Below, piece after piece: positions 1 to 14,800 of a stretch of DNA of 64,000 nucleotides (the first letter of the stretch is position 1; each line of letters opens with the position of its first letter). The notes beneath the pieces are model-generated. The model was not told the DNA's origin. It saw only the letters and a program-made list of their open reading frames with translations, and made no database searches. The stretch is from Eledone cirrhosa (Eukaryota). A program made the translations under genes and the position numbers. The DNA lies in contig OZ024748.1 of the NCBI GenBank assembly GCA_964016885.1, positions 36,270,001 to 36,334,000 of the forward strand, in the 5' to 3' direction.

Positions 1-3000
1 TGTCTTCTGTCTTGATAAAACACACTGACATTGGTTGTCTTCTGTCTTGATAAAACACACTGACATTGGTTGTCTTCTGTCTTGATAAAACACACAGACA
101 TTGGTTGTCTTCTGTCTTGATAAAACACACAGACATTGGTTGTCTTCTGTCTTGATAAAACACACTGACATTGGTTGTCTTATGTCTTGATAAAACACAC
201 TGACATTGGTTGTCTTCTCTTGATAAAACACACTGACATTGGTTGTCTTCTGTCTTGATAAAACACACTGACATTGGTTGTCTTCTGTATTGATAAAACA
301 CACTGACACTGGTTGTCTTCTGTCTTGATAAAACACACTGACATTGGTTGTCTTCTGTCTTGATAAAACACACTGACATTGGTTGTCTTCTGTCTTGATA
401 AAACACACTGACATTGGCTGTCTTCTGTCTTGATAAAACACACTGACATTGGTTGTCTTCTGTCTTGATAAAACACACATACATTGGTTGTCTTCTGTCT
501 TGATAAAACACACAGACATTGGTTGTCTTCTGTCTTGATAAAACACACTGACATTGGTTGTCTTCTGTCTTGATAAAACACACTGACATTGGTTGTCTTC
601 TGTCTTGATAAAACACACAGACATTGGCTGTCTTCTGTCTTGATAAAACACACAGACATTGGTTGTCTTCTGTCTTGATAAAACACACTGACATTGGTTG
701 TCTTATGTCTTGATAAAACACACTAACATTGGTTGTCTTCTCTTGATAAAACACACATACATTGGTTGTCTTCTGTCTCGATAAAACACACAGACATTGG
801 TTGTCTTCTGTCTTGATAAAACACACTGACATTGGTTGTCTTCTCTTGATAAAACACACTGACATTGGTTGTCTTCTGTCTTGATAAAACACACTGACAT
901 TGGTTGTCTTCTGTCTTGATAAAACACACAGACATTGGTTGTCTTCTGTCTTGATAAAACACACTGACATTGGTTGTCTTCTGTCTTGATAAAACACACT
1001 GACATTGGTTGTCTTCTCTTGATAAAACACACTGACATTGGTTGTCTTCTGTCTTGATAAAACACACTGACATTGGTTGTCTTTTCTTGATAAAACACAC
1101 AGACATTGGTTGTCTTCTGTCTCGATAAAACACACTAACATTGGTTGTCTTCTGTCTTGATAAAACACACTGACATTGGTTGTCTTCTCTTGATGAAACA
1201 CACTGACATTGGTTGTCTTCTCCTGATAAAACACACAGACATTGGTTGTCTTCTCTTGATTAAACACATTGACGTAGGTTGTCTTCTGTCTTGATAAAAC
1301 ACACTGACATTGGTTGTCTTCTGTCTTGATAAAACACACTGACATTGGTTGTCTTCTGTCTTGATAAAACACACTGACATTGGTTGTCTTCTGTCTTGAT
1401 AAAACACACTGACATTGGTTGTCTTCTGTCTTGATAAAACACACTGACATTGGTTGTCTTGTCTTGATAAAACACACTGACATTGGTTGTCTTCTGTCTT
1501 GATAAAACACTGACATTGGTTGTCTTCTGTCTTGATAAAACACACAGACATTGGTTGTCTTCTGTCTTGATAAAACACACTGACATTGGTTGTCTTCTGT
1601 CTTGATAAAACACACAGACATTGGTTGTCTTCTGTCCTGATAAAACACACTGACATTGGTTGTCTTCTGTCTTGATAAAACACACTGACATTGGTTGTCT
1701 TCTATCTTGATAAAACACACTGACATTGGTTGTCTTCTGTCTTGATAAAACACACTGACATTGGTTGTCTTCTGTCTTGATAAAACACACTGACCTTGGT
1801 TGTATTCTGTCTTGATAAAACACACTGACATTGGTTGTCTTCTGTCTTGATAAAACACACAGACATTGGTTGTCTTCTGTCTTGATAAAACACACTGACA
1901 TTGGTTGTCTTCTGTCTTGATAAAACACACTGACATTGGTTGTCTTCTGTCTTGATAAAACACACTGACATTGGTTGTCTTCTGTCTTGATAAAACACAC
2001 AGACATTGGTTGTCTTCTGTCTTGATAAAACACACAGACATTGGTTGTCTTCTGTCTTGATAAAACACACTGACATTGGTTGTCTTATGTCTTGATAAAA
2101 CACACTGACATTGGTTGTCTTCTCTTGATAAAACACACTGACATTGGTTGTCTTCTGTCTTGATAAAACACACTGACATTGGTTGTCTTCTGTATTGATA
2201 AAACACACTGACACTGGTTGTCTTCTGTCTTGATAAAACACACTGACATTGGTTGTCTTCTGTCTTCATAAAACACACTGACATTGGTTGTCTTCTGTCT
2301 TGATAAAACACACTGACATTGGCTGTCTTCTGTCTTGATAAAACACACTGACATTGGTTGTCTTCTGTCTTGATAAAACACACATACATTGGTTGTCTTC
2401 TGTCTTGATAAAACACACAGACATTGGTTGTCTTCTGTCTTGATAAAACACACTGACATTGGTTGTCTTCTGTCTTGATAAAACACACTGACATTGGTTG
2501 TCTTCTGTCTTGATAAAATACACAGACATTGGCTGTCTTCTGTCTTGATAAAACACACAGACATTGGTTGTCTTCTGTCTTGATAAAACACACTAACATT
2601 GGTTGTCTTCTCTTGATAAAACACACATACATTGGTTGTCTTCTGTCTCGATAAAACACACTGACATTGGTTGTCTTCTCTTGATAAAACACACTGACAT
2701 TGGTTGTCTTCTGTCTTGATAAAACACACTGACATTGGTTGTCTTCTGTCTTGATGAAACACACAGACATTGGTTGTCTTCTGTCTTGATAAAACACACT
2801 GACATTGGTTGTCTTCTGTCTTGATAAAACACACTGACATTGGTTGTCTTCTCTTGATAAAACACACTGACATTGGTTGTCTTCTGTCTTGATAAAACAC
2901 ACTGACATTGGTTGTCTTTTCTTGATAAAACACACAGACATTGGTTGTCTTCTGTCTCGATAAAACACACTAACATTGGTTGTCTTCTGTCTTGATAAAA

Positions 3001-6000
3001 CACACTGACATTGGTTGTCTTCTCTTGATGAAACACACTGACATTGGTTGTCTTCTCCTGATAAAACACACAGACATTGGTTGTCTTCTCTTGATTAAAC
3101 ACATTGACGTAGGTTGTCTTCTGTCTTGATAAAACACACAGACATTGGTTGTCTTCTCTTGATAAAACACACTGACATTGGTTGTCTTCTGTCTTGATAA
3201 AACACACTGACATTGGTTGTCTTCTCTTGATTAAACACATTGACGTAGGTTGTCTTCTCTTGATAAAACACACTGACATTGGTTGTCTTCTCTTGATAAA
3301 ACACACTGACATTGGTTGTCTTCTGTCTTGATAAAACACACAGACATTGGTTGTCTTCTGTCTTGATAAAACACACTGACATTGGTTGTCTTCTGTCTTG
3401 ATAAAACACACTGACATTGGTTGTCTTCTGTCTTGATAAAACACACTGACATTGGTTGTCTTCTGTCTTGATAAAACACACTGACATTGGTTGTCTTCTG
3501 TCTTGATAAAACACACTGACATTGGTTGTCTTGTCTTGATAAAACACACTGACATTGGTTGTCTTCTGTCTTGATAAAACACTGACATTGGTTGTCTTCT
3601 GTCTTGATAAAACACACAGACATTGGTTGTCTTCTGTCTTGATAAAACACACTGACATTGGTTGTCTTCTGTCTTGATAAAACACACAGACATTGGTTGT
3701 CTTCTGTCCTGATAAAACACACTGACATTGGTTGTCTTCTGTCTTGATAAAACACACTGACATTGGTTGTCTTCTATCTTGATAAAACACACTGACATTG
3801 GTTGTCTTCTGTCTTGATAAAACACACTGACATTGGTTGTCTTCTGTCTTGATAAAACACACTGACCTTGGTTGTATTCTGTCTTGATAAAACACACTGA
3901 CATTGGTTGTCTTCTGTCTTGATAAAACACACAGACATTGGTTGTCTTCTGTCTTGATAAAACACACTGACATTGGTTGTCTTCTGTCTTGATAAAACAC
4001 ACTGACATTGGTTGTCTTCTGTCTTGATAAAACACACTGACATTGGTTGTCTTCTGTCTTGATAAAACACACAGACATTGGTTGTCTTCTGTCTTGATAA
4101 AACACACAGACATTGGTTGTCTTCTGTCTTGATAAAACACACTGACATTGGTTGTCTTATGTCTTGATAAAACACACTGACATTGGTTGTCTTCTCTTGA
4201 TAAAACACACTGACATTGGTTGTCTTCTGTCTTGATAAAACACACTGACATTGGTTGTCTTCTGTATTGATAAAACACACTGACACTGGTTGTCTTCTGT
4301 CTTGATAAAACACACTGACATTGGTTGTCTTCTGTCTTCATAAAACACACTGACATTGGTTGTCTTCTGTCTTGATAAAACACACTGACATTGGCTGTCT
4401 TCTGTCTTGATAAAACACACTGACATTGGTTGTCTTCTGTCTTGATAAAACACACATACATTGGTTGTCTTCTGTCTTGATAAAACACACAGACATTGGT
4501 TGTCTTCTGTCTTGATAAAACACACTGACATTGGTTGTCTTCTGTCTTGATAAAACACACTGACATTGGTTGTCTTCTGTCTTGATAAAATACACAGACA
4601 TTGGCTGTCTTCTGTCTTGATAAAACACACAGACATTGGTTGTCTTCTGTCTTGATAAAACACACTAACATTGGTTGTCTTCTCTTGATAAAACACACAT
4701 ACATTGGTTGTCTTCTGTCTCGATAAAACACACTGACATTGGTTGTCTTCTCTTGATAAAACACACTGACATTGGTTGTCTTCTGTCTTGATAAAACACA
4801 CTGACATTGGTTGTCTTCTGTCTTGATGAAACACACAGACATTGGTTGTCTTCTGTCTTGATAAAACACACTGACATTGGTTGTCTTCTGTCTTGATAAA
4901 ACACACTGACATTGGTTGTCTTCTCTTGATAAAACACACTGACATTGGTTGTCTTCTGTCTTGATAAAACACACTGACATTGGTTGTCTTTTCTTGATAA
5001 AACACACAGACATTGGTTGTCTTCTGTCTCGATAAAACACACTAACATTGGTTGTCTTCTGTCTTGATAAAACACACTGACATTGGTTGTCTTCTCTTGA
5101 TGAAACACACTGACATTGGTTGTCTTCTCCTGATAAAACACACAGACATTGGTTGTCTTCTCTTGATTAAACACATTGACGTAGGTTGTCTTCTGTCTTG
5201 ATAAAACACACAGACATTGGTTGTCTTCTCTTGATAAAACACACTGACATTGGTTGTCTTCTGTCTTGATAAAACACACTGACATTGGTTGTCTTCTCTT
5301 GATTAAACACATTGACGTAGGTTGTCTTCTCTTGATAAAACACACTGACATTGGTTGTCTTCTCTTGATAAAACACACTGACATTGGTTGTCTTCTGTCT
5401 TGATAAAACACACAGACATTGGTTGTCTTCTGTCTTGATAAAACACACAGACATTGGTTGTCTTCTGTCTTGATAAAACACACTGACATTGGTTGTCTTC
5501 TGTCTTGATAAAACACACTGACATTGGTTGTCTTCTATCTTGATAAAACACACTGACATTGGTTGTCTTCTGTCTTGATTATACACACTGACATTGGTTG
5601 TCTTCTGTCTTTATAAAACACACTGACATTGGTTGTCTTCTGTCTTGATAAAACACACAGACATTGGTTGTCTTCTGTCTTGATAAAACACACTGACATT
5701 GGTTGTCTTCTGTCTTGATAAAACACACAGACATTGGTTGTCTTCTGTCTTGATAAAACACACTGACATTGGTTGTCTTCTGTCTTGATAAAACACACTG
5801 ACATTGGTTGTCTTCTGTCTTGATAAAACACACTGACATTGGTTGTCTTCTCTTGATAAAACACATTGACATTGGTTGTCTTCTGTCTTGATAAAACACA
5901 CTGACATTGGTTGTCTTCTCTTGATAAAACACACTGACATTGGTTGTCTTCTGTCTTGATAAAACACACAGACATTGGTTGTCTTCTGTCTTGATAAAAC

Positions 6001-9000
6001 ACACTGACATTGGTTGTCTTCTGTCTTGATAAAACACACTGACATTGGTTGTCTTCTCTTAATGAAACACACTGACATTGGTTGTCTTCTCTTGATAAAA
6101 CACACTGACATTGGTTGTCTTCTCTTGATTAAACACATTGACGTAGGTTGTTTTCTCTTGATAAAACACACTGACATTGGTTGTCTTCTCTTGATAAAAC
6201 ATACTGACATTGGTTGTCTTCTGTCTTGATTAAACACACAGACATTGGTTGTCTTCTGTCTTGACAAAACACACTGACATTGGTTGTCTTCTGTCTTGAT
6301 AAAACACACTTACATTGGTTGTCTTCTCTTGATAAAACACACAGGCATTGTTTGTCGTCTCTTGATAAAACACACTGACATTGGTTGTCTTCTCTTGATT
6401 AAACACATTGACGTAGGTTGTCTTCCCTTGATAAAACACATTGACATTGGTTGTCTTCTGTCTTGATAAAACACACTGACATTGGTTGTCTTCTGTCTTG
6501 ATAAAACACAGACATTGGTTGTCTTCTCTTGATAAAACACACTGACATTGGTTGTCTTCTCTTGATAAAACACACTGACATTGGTTGTCTTCTCTTGATA
6601 AAACACACGGACATTGGTTGTCTTCTGTCTTGATAAAACACACTGACATTGGTTGTCTTCTCTTGATAAAACACACTGACATTGGTTGTCTTCTGTCTTG
6701 ATGAAACACACTGACATTGGCTGTCTTCTCTTGATAAAATACACTGACATTGGTTGTCTTCTCTTGATAAAACACTGACATTGGTTGTCTTCTGTCTTGA
6801 TAAAACACACTGACATTGGTTGTCTTCTCTTGATAAATCACACTGACATTGGTTGTCTTCTGTCTTGATAAAACACACTGACATTGGTTGTCTTCTCTTG
6901 TTAAAACACACAGACATTGGTTGTCTTCTCTTGATAAAACACACTGACATTGGTTGTCTTCTCTTGATAAAACACACTGACATTGGTTGTCTTCTGTCTT
7001 GATAAAACACACTGACATTGGTTGTCTTCTGTCTTGATAAAACACACTTACATTGGTTGTCTTCTCTTGATAAAACACACTGGCATTGGTTGTCTTCTCT
7101 TGATAAAACACACTGACATTGGTTGTCTTCTGTTTTGATAAAACACACTGACATTGGTTGTCTTCTCTTGATAAAACACACTGACATTGTTTGTCTTCTC
7201 TTGATAAAACACACAGACATTGGTTGTCTTCTGTCTTGATAAAACACACTGACATTGGTTGTCTTCTGTCTTGATAAAACACACTGACATTGGTTGTCTT
7301 CTCTTGATGAAACACACTGACATTGGTTGTCTTCTCTTGATAAAACACACTGACATTGGTTGTCTTCTCTTGATTAAACACATTGACGTAGGTTGTCTTC
7401 TGTCTTGATAAAACACACTGACTTTGGTTGTCTTTTGTCTTGATAAAACACACTGACATTGGTTGTCTTCTGTCTTGATAAAAGACACAGATATTGGTTG
7501 TCTTCTCTTGATAAAACACACTGACATTGGTTGTCTTCTATCTTGATAAAACACACTGATATTGGTTGTCTTCTCTTGATAAAACACACTGACATTGGTT
7601 GTCTTCTGTCTTGATAAAACACACTGACATTGGTTGTCTTCTCTTGATAAAACACACTGACATTGGTTGTCTTCTCTTGATTAAACACATTGACGTAGGT
7701 TGTCTTCTCTTGATAAAACACATTGACATTGGTTGTCTTCTGTCTTGATAAAACACACTGACATTGGTTGTCTTCTGTCTTGATAAAACACAGACATTGG
7801 TTGTCTTCTCTTGATAAAACACACTGACATTGGTTGTCTTCTCTTGATAAAACACACTGACATTGGTTGTCTTCTCTTGATAAAACACACGGACATTGGT
7901 TGTCTTCTGTCTTGATAAAACACACTGACATTGGTTGTCTTCTCTTGATAAAACACACTGACATTGGTTGTCTTCTGTCTTGATGAAACACACTGACATT
8001 GGCTGTCTTCTCTTGATAAAATACACTGACATTGGTTGTCTTCTCTTGATAAAACACTGACATTGGTTGTCTTCTGTCTTGATAAAACACACTGACATTG
8101 GTTGTCTTCTCTTGATAAATCACACTGACATTGGTTGTCTTCTGTCTTGATAAAACACACTGACATTGGTTGTCTTCTCTTGTTAAAACACACTGACATT
8201 GGTTGTCTTCTCTTGATAAAACACACTGACATTGGTTGTCTTCTCTTGATAAAACACACTGGCATTGGTTGTCTTCTCTTGATAAAACACACTGACATTG
8301 GTTGTTTTCTGTCTTGATAAAACACACTGACATTGGTTGTCTTCTGTCTTGATAAAACACACTGACATTGGTTGTCTTCTCCTGTTAAAACACACTGACA
8401 TTGGTTGTCTTCTCTTGATAAAACACACTGACATTGGTTGTCTTCTCTTGATAAAACACACTGGCATTGGTTGTCTTCTCTTGATAAAACACACTGACAT
8501 TGGTTGTCTTCTGTCTTGATAAAACACACTGACATTGGTTGTCTTCTGTCTTGATTAAACACACAGACATTGGTTGTCTTCTGTCTTGATAAAACACACT
8601 GACATTGGTTGTCTTCTGTCTTGATAAAACACACTTACATTGGTTGTCTTCTCTTGATAAAACACACAGACATTGGTTGTCTTCTGTCTCGATAAAACAC
8701 ACTGACATTGGTTGTCTTCTGTCTTGATAAAACACACTGACATTGGTTGTCTCCTCTTGATGAAACACACTGACATTGTTCGTCTTCTCTTGATAAAACA
8801 CACAGACATTGGTGGTTGTCTTCTCTTGATAAAACACACTGACATTGGTTGTCTTCTGTCTTGATAAAACACAGACATTGGTTGTCTTCTGTTGATTAAA
8901 CACATTGACGTAGGTTGTCTTCTCTTGATAAAACACACTGACATTGGTTGTCTTCTCTTGATAAAACACACTGACATTGGTTGTCTTCTGTCTTGATAAA

Positions 9001-11129
9001 ACACTGACATTGGTTGTCTTGTGTCTTGATAAAACACACAGACATTGGTTGTCTTCTGTCTTGATAAAACACACTGACATTGGTTGTCTTCTCTTGATAA
9101 AACACACTGGCATTGGTTGTCTTCTCTTGATAAAACACACTGACATTGGTTGTTTTCTGTCTTGATAAAACACACTGACATTGGTTGTCTTCTGTCTTGA
9201 TAAAACACACTGACATTGGTTGTCTTCTCTTGTTAAAACACACTGACATTGGTTGTCTTCTCTTGATAAAACACACTGACATTGGTTGTCTTCTCTTGAT
9301 AAAACACACTGGCATTGGTTGTCTTCTCTTGATAAAACACACTGACATTGGTTGTCTTCTGTCTTGATAAAACACACTGACATTGGTTGTCTTCTGTCTT
9401 GATTAAACACACAGACATTGGTTGTCTTCTGTCTTGATAAAACACACTGACATTGGTTGTCTTCTGTCTTGATAAAACACACTTACATTGGTTGTCTTCT
9501 CTTGATAAAACACACAGACATTGGTTGTCTTCTGTCTCGATAAAACACACTGACATTGGTTGTCTTCTGTCTTGATAAAACACACTGACATTGGTTGTCT
9601 CCTCTTGATGAAACACACTGACATTGTTCGTCTTCTCTTGATAAAACACACAGACATTGGTTGTCTTCTCTTGATAAAACACACTGACATTGGTTGTCTT
9701 CTGTCTTGATAAAACACAGACATTGGTTGTCTTCTGTTGTTAAAACACACAGACATTGGTTGTCTTCTCTTGATAAAACACACTGACATTGGTTGTCTTC
9801 TCTTGATAAAACACACTGACATTGGTTGTCTTCTGTCTTGATAAAACACTGACATTGGTTGTCTTGTGTCTTGATAAAACACACAGACATTGGTTGTCTT
9901 CTGTCTTGATAAAACACACTGACATTGGTTGTCTTCTGTCTTGATAAAACACACTTACATTGGTTGTCTTCTCTTGATAAATCACACTGATATTGGTTGT
10001 CTTCTGTCTTGATAAAACACACTGACATTGGTTGTCTTCTCTTGTTAAAACACACTGATATTGGTTGTCTTCTCTTGATGAAACACACTGACATTGGTTG
10101 TCTTCTCTTGATAAAACACACTGACATTGGTTGTCCTCTCTTGATAAAACACACTGATATTGGTTCTCTTCTCTTGATAAAACACACTGACATTCGTTGT
10201 CTTCTCTTGATAAAACACACTGACATTGGTTGTCTTCTGTCTTGATAAAACACATTGACATTGGTTGTCTTCTCTTGATAAAACACACTGACATTGGTGG
10301 TCTTCTCTTGATAAAACACACTGACATTGGTTGTCTTCTGTCTTGATAAAACACACTGACATTGGTTGTCTCCTCTTGATGAAACACACTGACATTGTTC
10401 GTCTTCTCTTGATAAAACACACAGACATTGGTTGTCTTCTCTTGATAAAACACACTGACATTGGTTGTCTTCTGTCTTGATAAAACACACTGACATTGGT
10501 TGTCTTCTGTTGATTAAACACATTGACGTAGGTTGTCTTCTCTTGATAAAACACACTGACATTGGTTGTCTTCTCTTGATAAAACACACTGACATTGGTT
10601 GTCTTCTGTCTTGATAAAACACTGACATTGGTTGTCTTGTGTCTTGATAAAACACACAGACATTGGTTGTCTTCTGTCTTGATAAAACACACTGACATTG
10701 GTTTTCTTCTGTCTTGATAAAACACACTTACATTGGTTGTCTTCTCTTGATAAATCACACTGATATTGGTTGTCTTCTGTCTTGATAAAACACACTGACA
10801 TTGGTTGTCTTCTCTTGTTAAAACACACTGATATTGGTTGTCTTCTCTTGATGAAACACACTGACATTGGTTGTCTTCTCTTGATAAAACACACTGACAT
10901 TGGTTGTCCTCTCTTGATAAAACACACTGATATTGGTTCTCTTCTCTTGATAAAACACACTGACATTGGTTGTCTTCTCTTGATAAAACACACTGACATT
11001 GGTTGTCTTCTGTCTTGATAAAACACATTGACATTGGTTGTCTTCTCTTGATAAAACACACTGACATTGGTGGTCTTCTCTTGATAAAACACACTGACAT
11101 TGTTTGTCTTCTCTCGGTAAAACACACTG
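1..11129. repeat. Satellite array of 35-bp units (TGTCTTCTGTCTTGATAAAACACACTGACATTGGT) mixed with a 31-bp variant lacking 4 nt; higher-order duplications
   Basis: Unit read directly. Identical variant strings recur at a 2072-bp offset (ORFs 1702-2241 vs 3774-4313, 2085-2933 vs 4157-5005) and at other offsets further right. The array is open at the window start. Confidence 0.98.
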
Positions 11130-11665
11130 ATGTTGTTGTCTCTCATTGGTTGGTTTGTGGTGTCGTTGTCTGTCATTGGTTATTTTGTGGTGTCATTGTC
11201 TCTCATTCGTTGGTTTGTGGTGTCGTTCTCTGTCATTAGTTGGTGGTTTGTGGTGTCGTTGGCTCTCATTGGTGGTTTGTGGTGTCGTTGTCTGTTATTG
11301 GTAGGTTTGTGGTGTCGTTGTCTGTCATTCGTTGGTTTGTGGTGTTGTTGTCTCTCATTGGCTGGTTTGTGGTGTCGTTGTCTCTCATTGGTGGTTTGTG
11401 CTGTCGTTGTCTGTTATTGGTAGGTTTGTGGTGTCGTTGTCTGTCATTCGTTGGTTTGTGGTGTTGTTGTCTCTCATTGGCTGGTTTGTGGTGTCGTTGT
11501 CTGTCATTGGTGGTTTGTGATGTCGTATGTCATTGTTTAATTTGTGGTGTCGTTGTCTGTTATTGGTTAGTATTGTGGTGTCGTTGTCTCTCATTGGTTG
11601 GTTTGTGGTGTCGTTGTGTGTCATTGGTTGGTTTGTGGTGTCGCTGTCTGTCATTAGTTGGTTTG
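11130..11665. repeat. Diverged ~30-bp GT-rich minisatellite (TGTCGTTGTCTGTCATTGGTTGGTTTGTGG)
   Basis: Unit read directly; abuts the 35-bp array and shares CATTGGTTG and GTTGTCT words with it. Confidence 0.93.
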
Positions 11666-11717
11666 GGGATAGATTGATGGTTAACTAAAATATAACGTGG
11701 CGTGATGTAATACAGGA

Positions 11718-11855
11718 TCACATATATACATATATATACAGTATCACATATATACATATATATACAGTATCACATATATACATATATATACAGTATCACA
11801 TATATACATATATATATATATACAGAATCACATATATATACAGTATCACATATAT
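11718..11855. repeat. Short (ATCACATATATACATATATATACAGT)n minisatellite at the 3' flank of the RTE element; the same unit resumes at 15171-15225
   Basis: The same unit lies on both sides of the LINE, consistent with insertion into this repeat or target duplication. Confidence 0.8.
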
Positions 11856-14800
11856 CTATCTATCTAAAGCGGGTAAAATTCCCGAGATCCATGGACGAGT
11901 TCTCTCCAGCGGTCTCTGTCCCTCATTATCGCTGCCATATCCTGCATCTCCAACAGACCAGTGTCTGTCCTTAGGGCATCAACATATGTTAACCTTGGTC
12001 TTCCTCTTCTAGTGTGTCCATGTAGGGGCTCCCAAAGGAGCACTGAGTGCAATGTCAACTCTGGATGTCGGTGAGCATGTCCAGCCAACCTCAGTCTCCT
12101 CTGTGTCACTTTTGAGCTGACTTTTGGGATGCTCCCATACAGCTCTGAGTTTTTCATCCTCAGTGTATACTGATTAATGTTCAGAGCCATCCTCAGCATT
12201 CTCGTGTAGCACCCATCCACCATCTGAGTGAGTCTCTTGGTCAGTGTCCAAGTCTCAGACCCATACAGCAGCACAGACTCCACTACAGCAATGAAGAGGC
12301 GGATTTTCAGGTCTCTACGAAGGTCCGACTTCCACACCGATCTCAAGCTGTGACACGCCGCCCAGGCCTTGCTCTTCCTCTCAACCACATCATCTTCCGT
12401 ATTCCCAATCTTTGCTCCCAAATACAGGAAGTCCTCAACCAATTCCAGCGGCTTCCCGCCTACATTAGTGATCCCCTCTGGCTTCTCAACATTCTCTACC
12501 AGATATTTTGTTTTAGTCTCATTCATTCTCAGCCCCACACTCATCGACACAGTCTCAACCTCCCGCATCAAATCCTCTGCCTCCTTCACTGTATTTGTCA
12601 CCAAAACTATGTCGTCGGCAAATTCAGCATCTGATACCTTTTTCGCCCCAACTCTCCTGCTCTGAGCCGGTGTTACAGTAAATCCAGAGTCCTGGTGTTT
12701 CTCCAGTGCAAGGCGCATACAATAGTCCACTACGATGATAAAAAGTTAGGGAGCCAATGTATCTCCCTGGAGCACTCCAGCCAGTATCTCAAAGAACTCT
12801 GTCATCCCATTAGGTGTAATGACTTGGGCTTTGGTGTTGGTGTAGAGCAGTGATATCAGGTCCACTATCCTCTTGGGGATTCCATAAGCCTGTAAGATCT
12901 TCATCAGGCAGTAACGGTCCACAGAATCAAAGGCCTTCCTAAAGTCAATGAAAACCATGACCGCAGGAAGGCACTTTGCTCTAGCTCCCTCTAATATCCT
13001 CCTCAGCATCAGGATGTGACTGGTGGTTGATCTACCCTCTCTGAAGCCGTTCTGGTTGTCCCTGAGCTTCTTCTCCATCTCTGGCTGGATCCTGTTAAGA
13101 ATAATCCTGTTGAGGGTCTTTGCCACAAGTGACGTCAGTGAGATCCCCCGGTAGTTGTTGGTGTTAGAGAGATCTCCCTTCTTTGGCACTGGGACGATGT
13201 TACTGATCCTCCATTGATTCGGGGCAACTCCTTTCTCCAGTGCCCCGTTACAGAACCCCAGAATGATATCATCAAAATCACACCTCTTCATCACCTCTGA
13301 TGCCACTCCATCTTCTCCATGAGCCTTGCCCTCCTTGATCTTCTTCTTGGCTCTCTGAAGCTCCTCTCTGGTGAAGGGCTCTGTCTCAACATCCAGTTCC
13401 TCAAACAGCCGCCTGATCTCACCAGTGCTCTGGGCTGTGGAGGGTGGCTCTCCTAGTAGGGTCCTAAAATGGTCTAGCCATTTCCTCTTCCTATCCTCGG
13501 GCCCCGTTCTGGATCTGACTCGAACACCTTTTCTTCCTCCCTGTGATCTCGTTGATGATCATCCAGCTCTCCTTACATCCAGATCTGTCAACCGCTCTCT
13601 CCACACTTCTGATCTTCTCTATCAGTGCCTCCTCTCTGACCTCAGTGTAAGCGGTACAGCGCTCTTCCCTCATCACCTCCACAGTCTCCATCCTCTCCTC
13701 CGTAGGATCAGCATAGAATTGGTCCCTGGCAGCTTTCAAGTGTTCTCTGGCTGCACACACTTTTGGGTTTGCAGAGCTGACGTGCTTCCCTTTGTTCTTT
13801 TTCCTCGGCACTAGGGTTTCACTTGCTTTCGCCACTGCATTGGTGAAGTGCCCGTACCTCATCGTCACACTCTCCTCAGTCCATCCAATCTCTCTCTCCT
13901 CTGACTCTCCACACAGAGCACTAAACCTGTTTCTCACTTCCACTGTGAACCTCTCCTGTAGCTTATCATCTTCCTTGAAAGCTCCCCAGTCATAGATTGT
14001 TCTCCGGGGCTGAGCCTTGCTCTTTCTTAAGCTCACGCGGACCTCACTCATAACAAGCCGGTGGTCACTACCCAGTGTACTGAAATAGCTGTATGGTTCC
14101 GTGTTCAGAACACTATTCCGCCACTTTTTCCTCACCAGAATGAAATCTATCTGGGACTTGGACAGGTGCATATCTGAGATGTAGGTCCACATCTTCCCCA
14201 GATTCTTCCTAAACCTCAGGTTGGTCGCCATCAAGTTCGCCTCCAGCAGGGTGTCTCTCAGTAGTCTTCCATTTCGGTTGGTGTTGTTATGGAAGTACCA
14301 GCAAGGATCTTCACTGCCCTCCTTACTCAGATGTGCATTGAAGTCCCCCAAAACAAGCAGGATATTGTGTGCCTGAGTGGTGTTGACAGCTCTACACACC
14401 TCCTCATGGAACTCCTCGGCATTCACATCACTGTCCCCCTCGGTTGGACTATAGGCTGAGATGACTGTCAGTCTTGGGTTTCCATTGAAGGTCACCCTCA
14501 ACACTCGCGGGGAGATAGGCATTATTTCCCTCACCAACAGATTGGTTTTTGCACTGAACACAAAACCCACTCCTCCTCCTGCAGCATTTGTTGTGTTCTT
14601 CACTGCCGATGTAGTGATGAGCTGGCTCTTCCTCCCGATCATCACACTCCTCACGGGCTCATCGTGTAGAATCCTGTGTTCTTGGATCGCAAGTATCTGT
14701 ATACCACTCTCCTCGAACAGATGTCCCAACTCCTCTCTCTTCTCCAGCGTTCGAATAGTCCTCACATTCAAAGTGCCCATTTTGATGGCTCTTCTGCAGG

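Noticed and set aside
1-11129. CRISPR-like array (35-bp repeat)
   Set aside because: No unique spacers, no cas genes, and a eukaryotic context.
180-11677. Dozens of long Cys-rich ORFs (up to 815 aa) on the minus strand
   Set aside because: They are translations of a stop-poor satellite in all three frames; unit lengths 35 and 31 are not multiples of 3.
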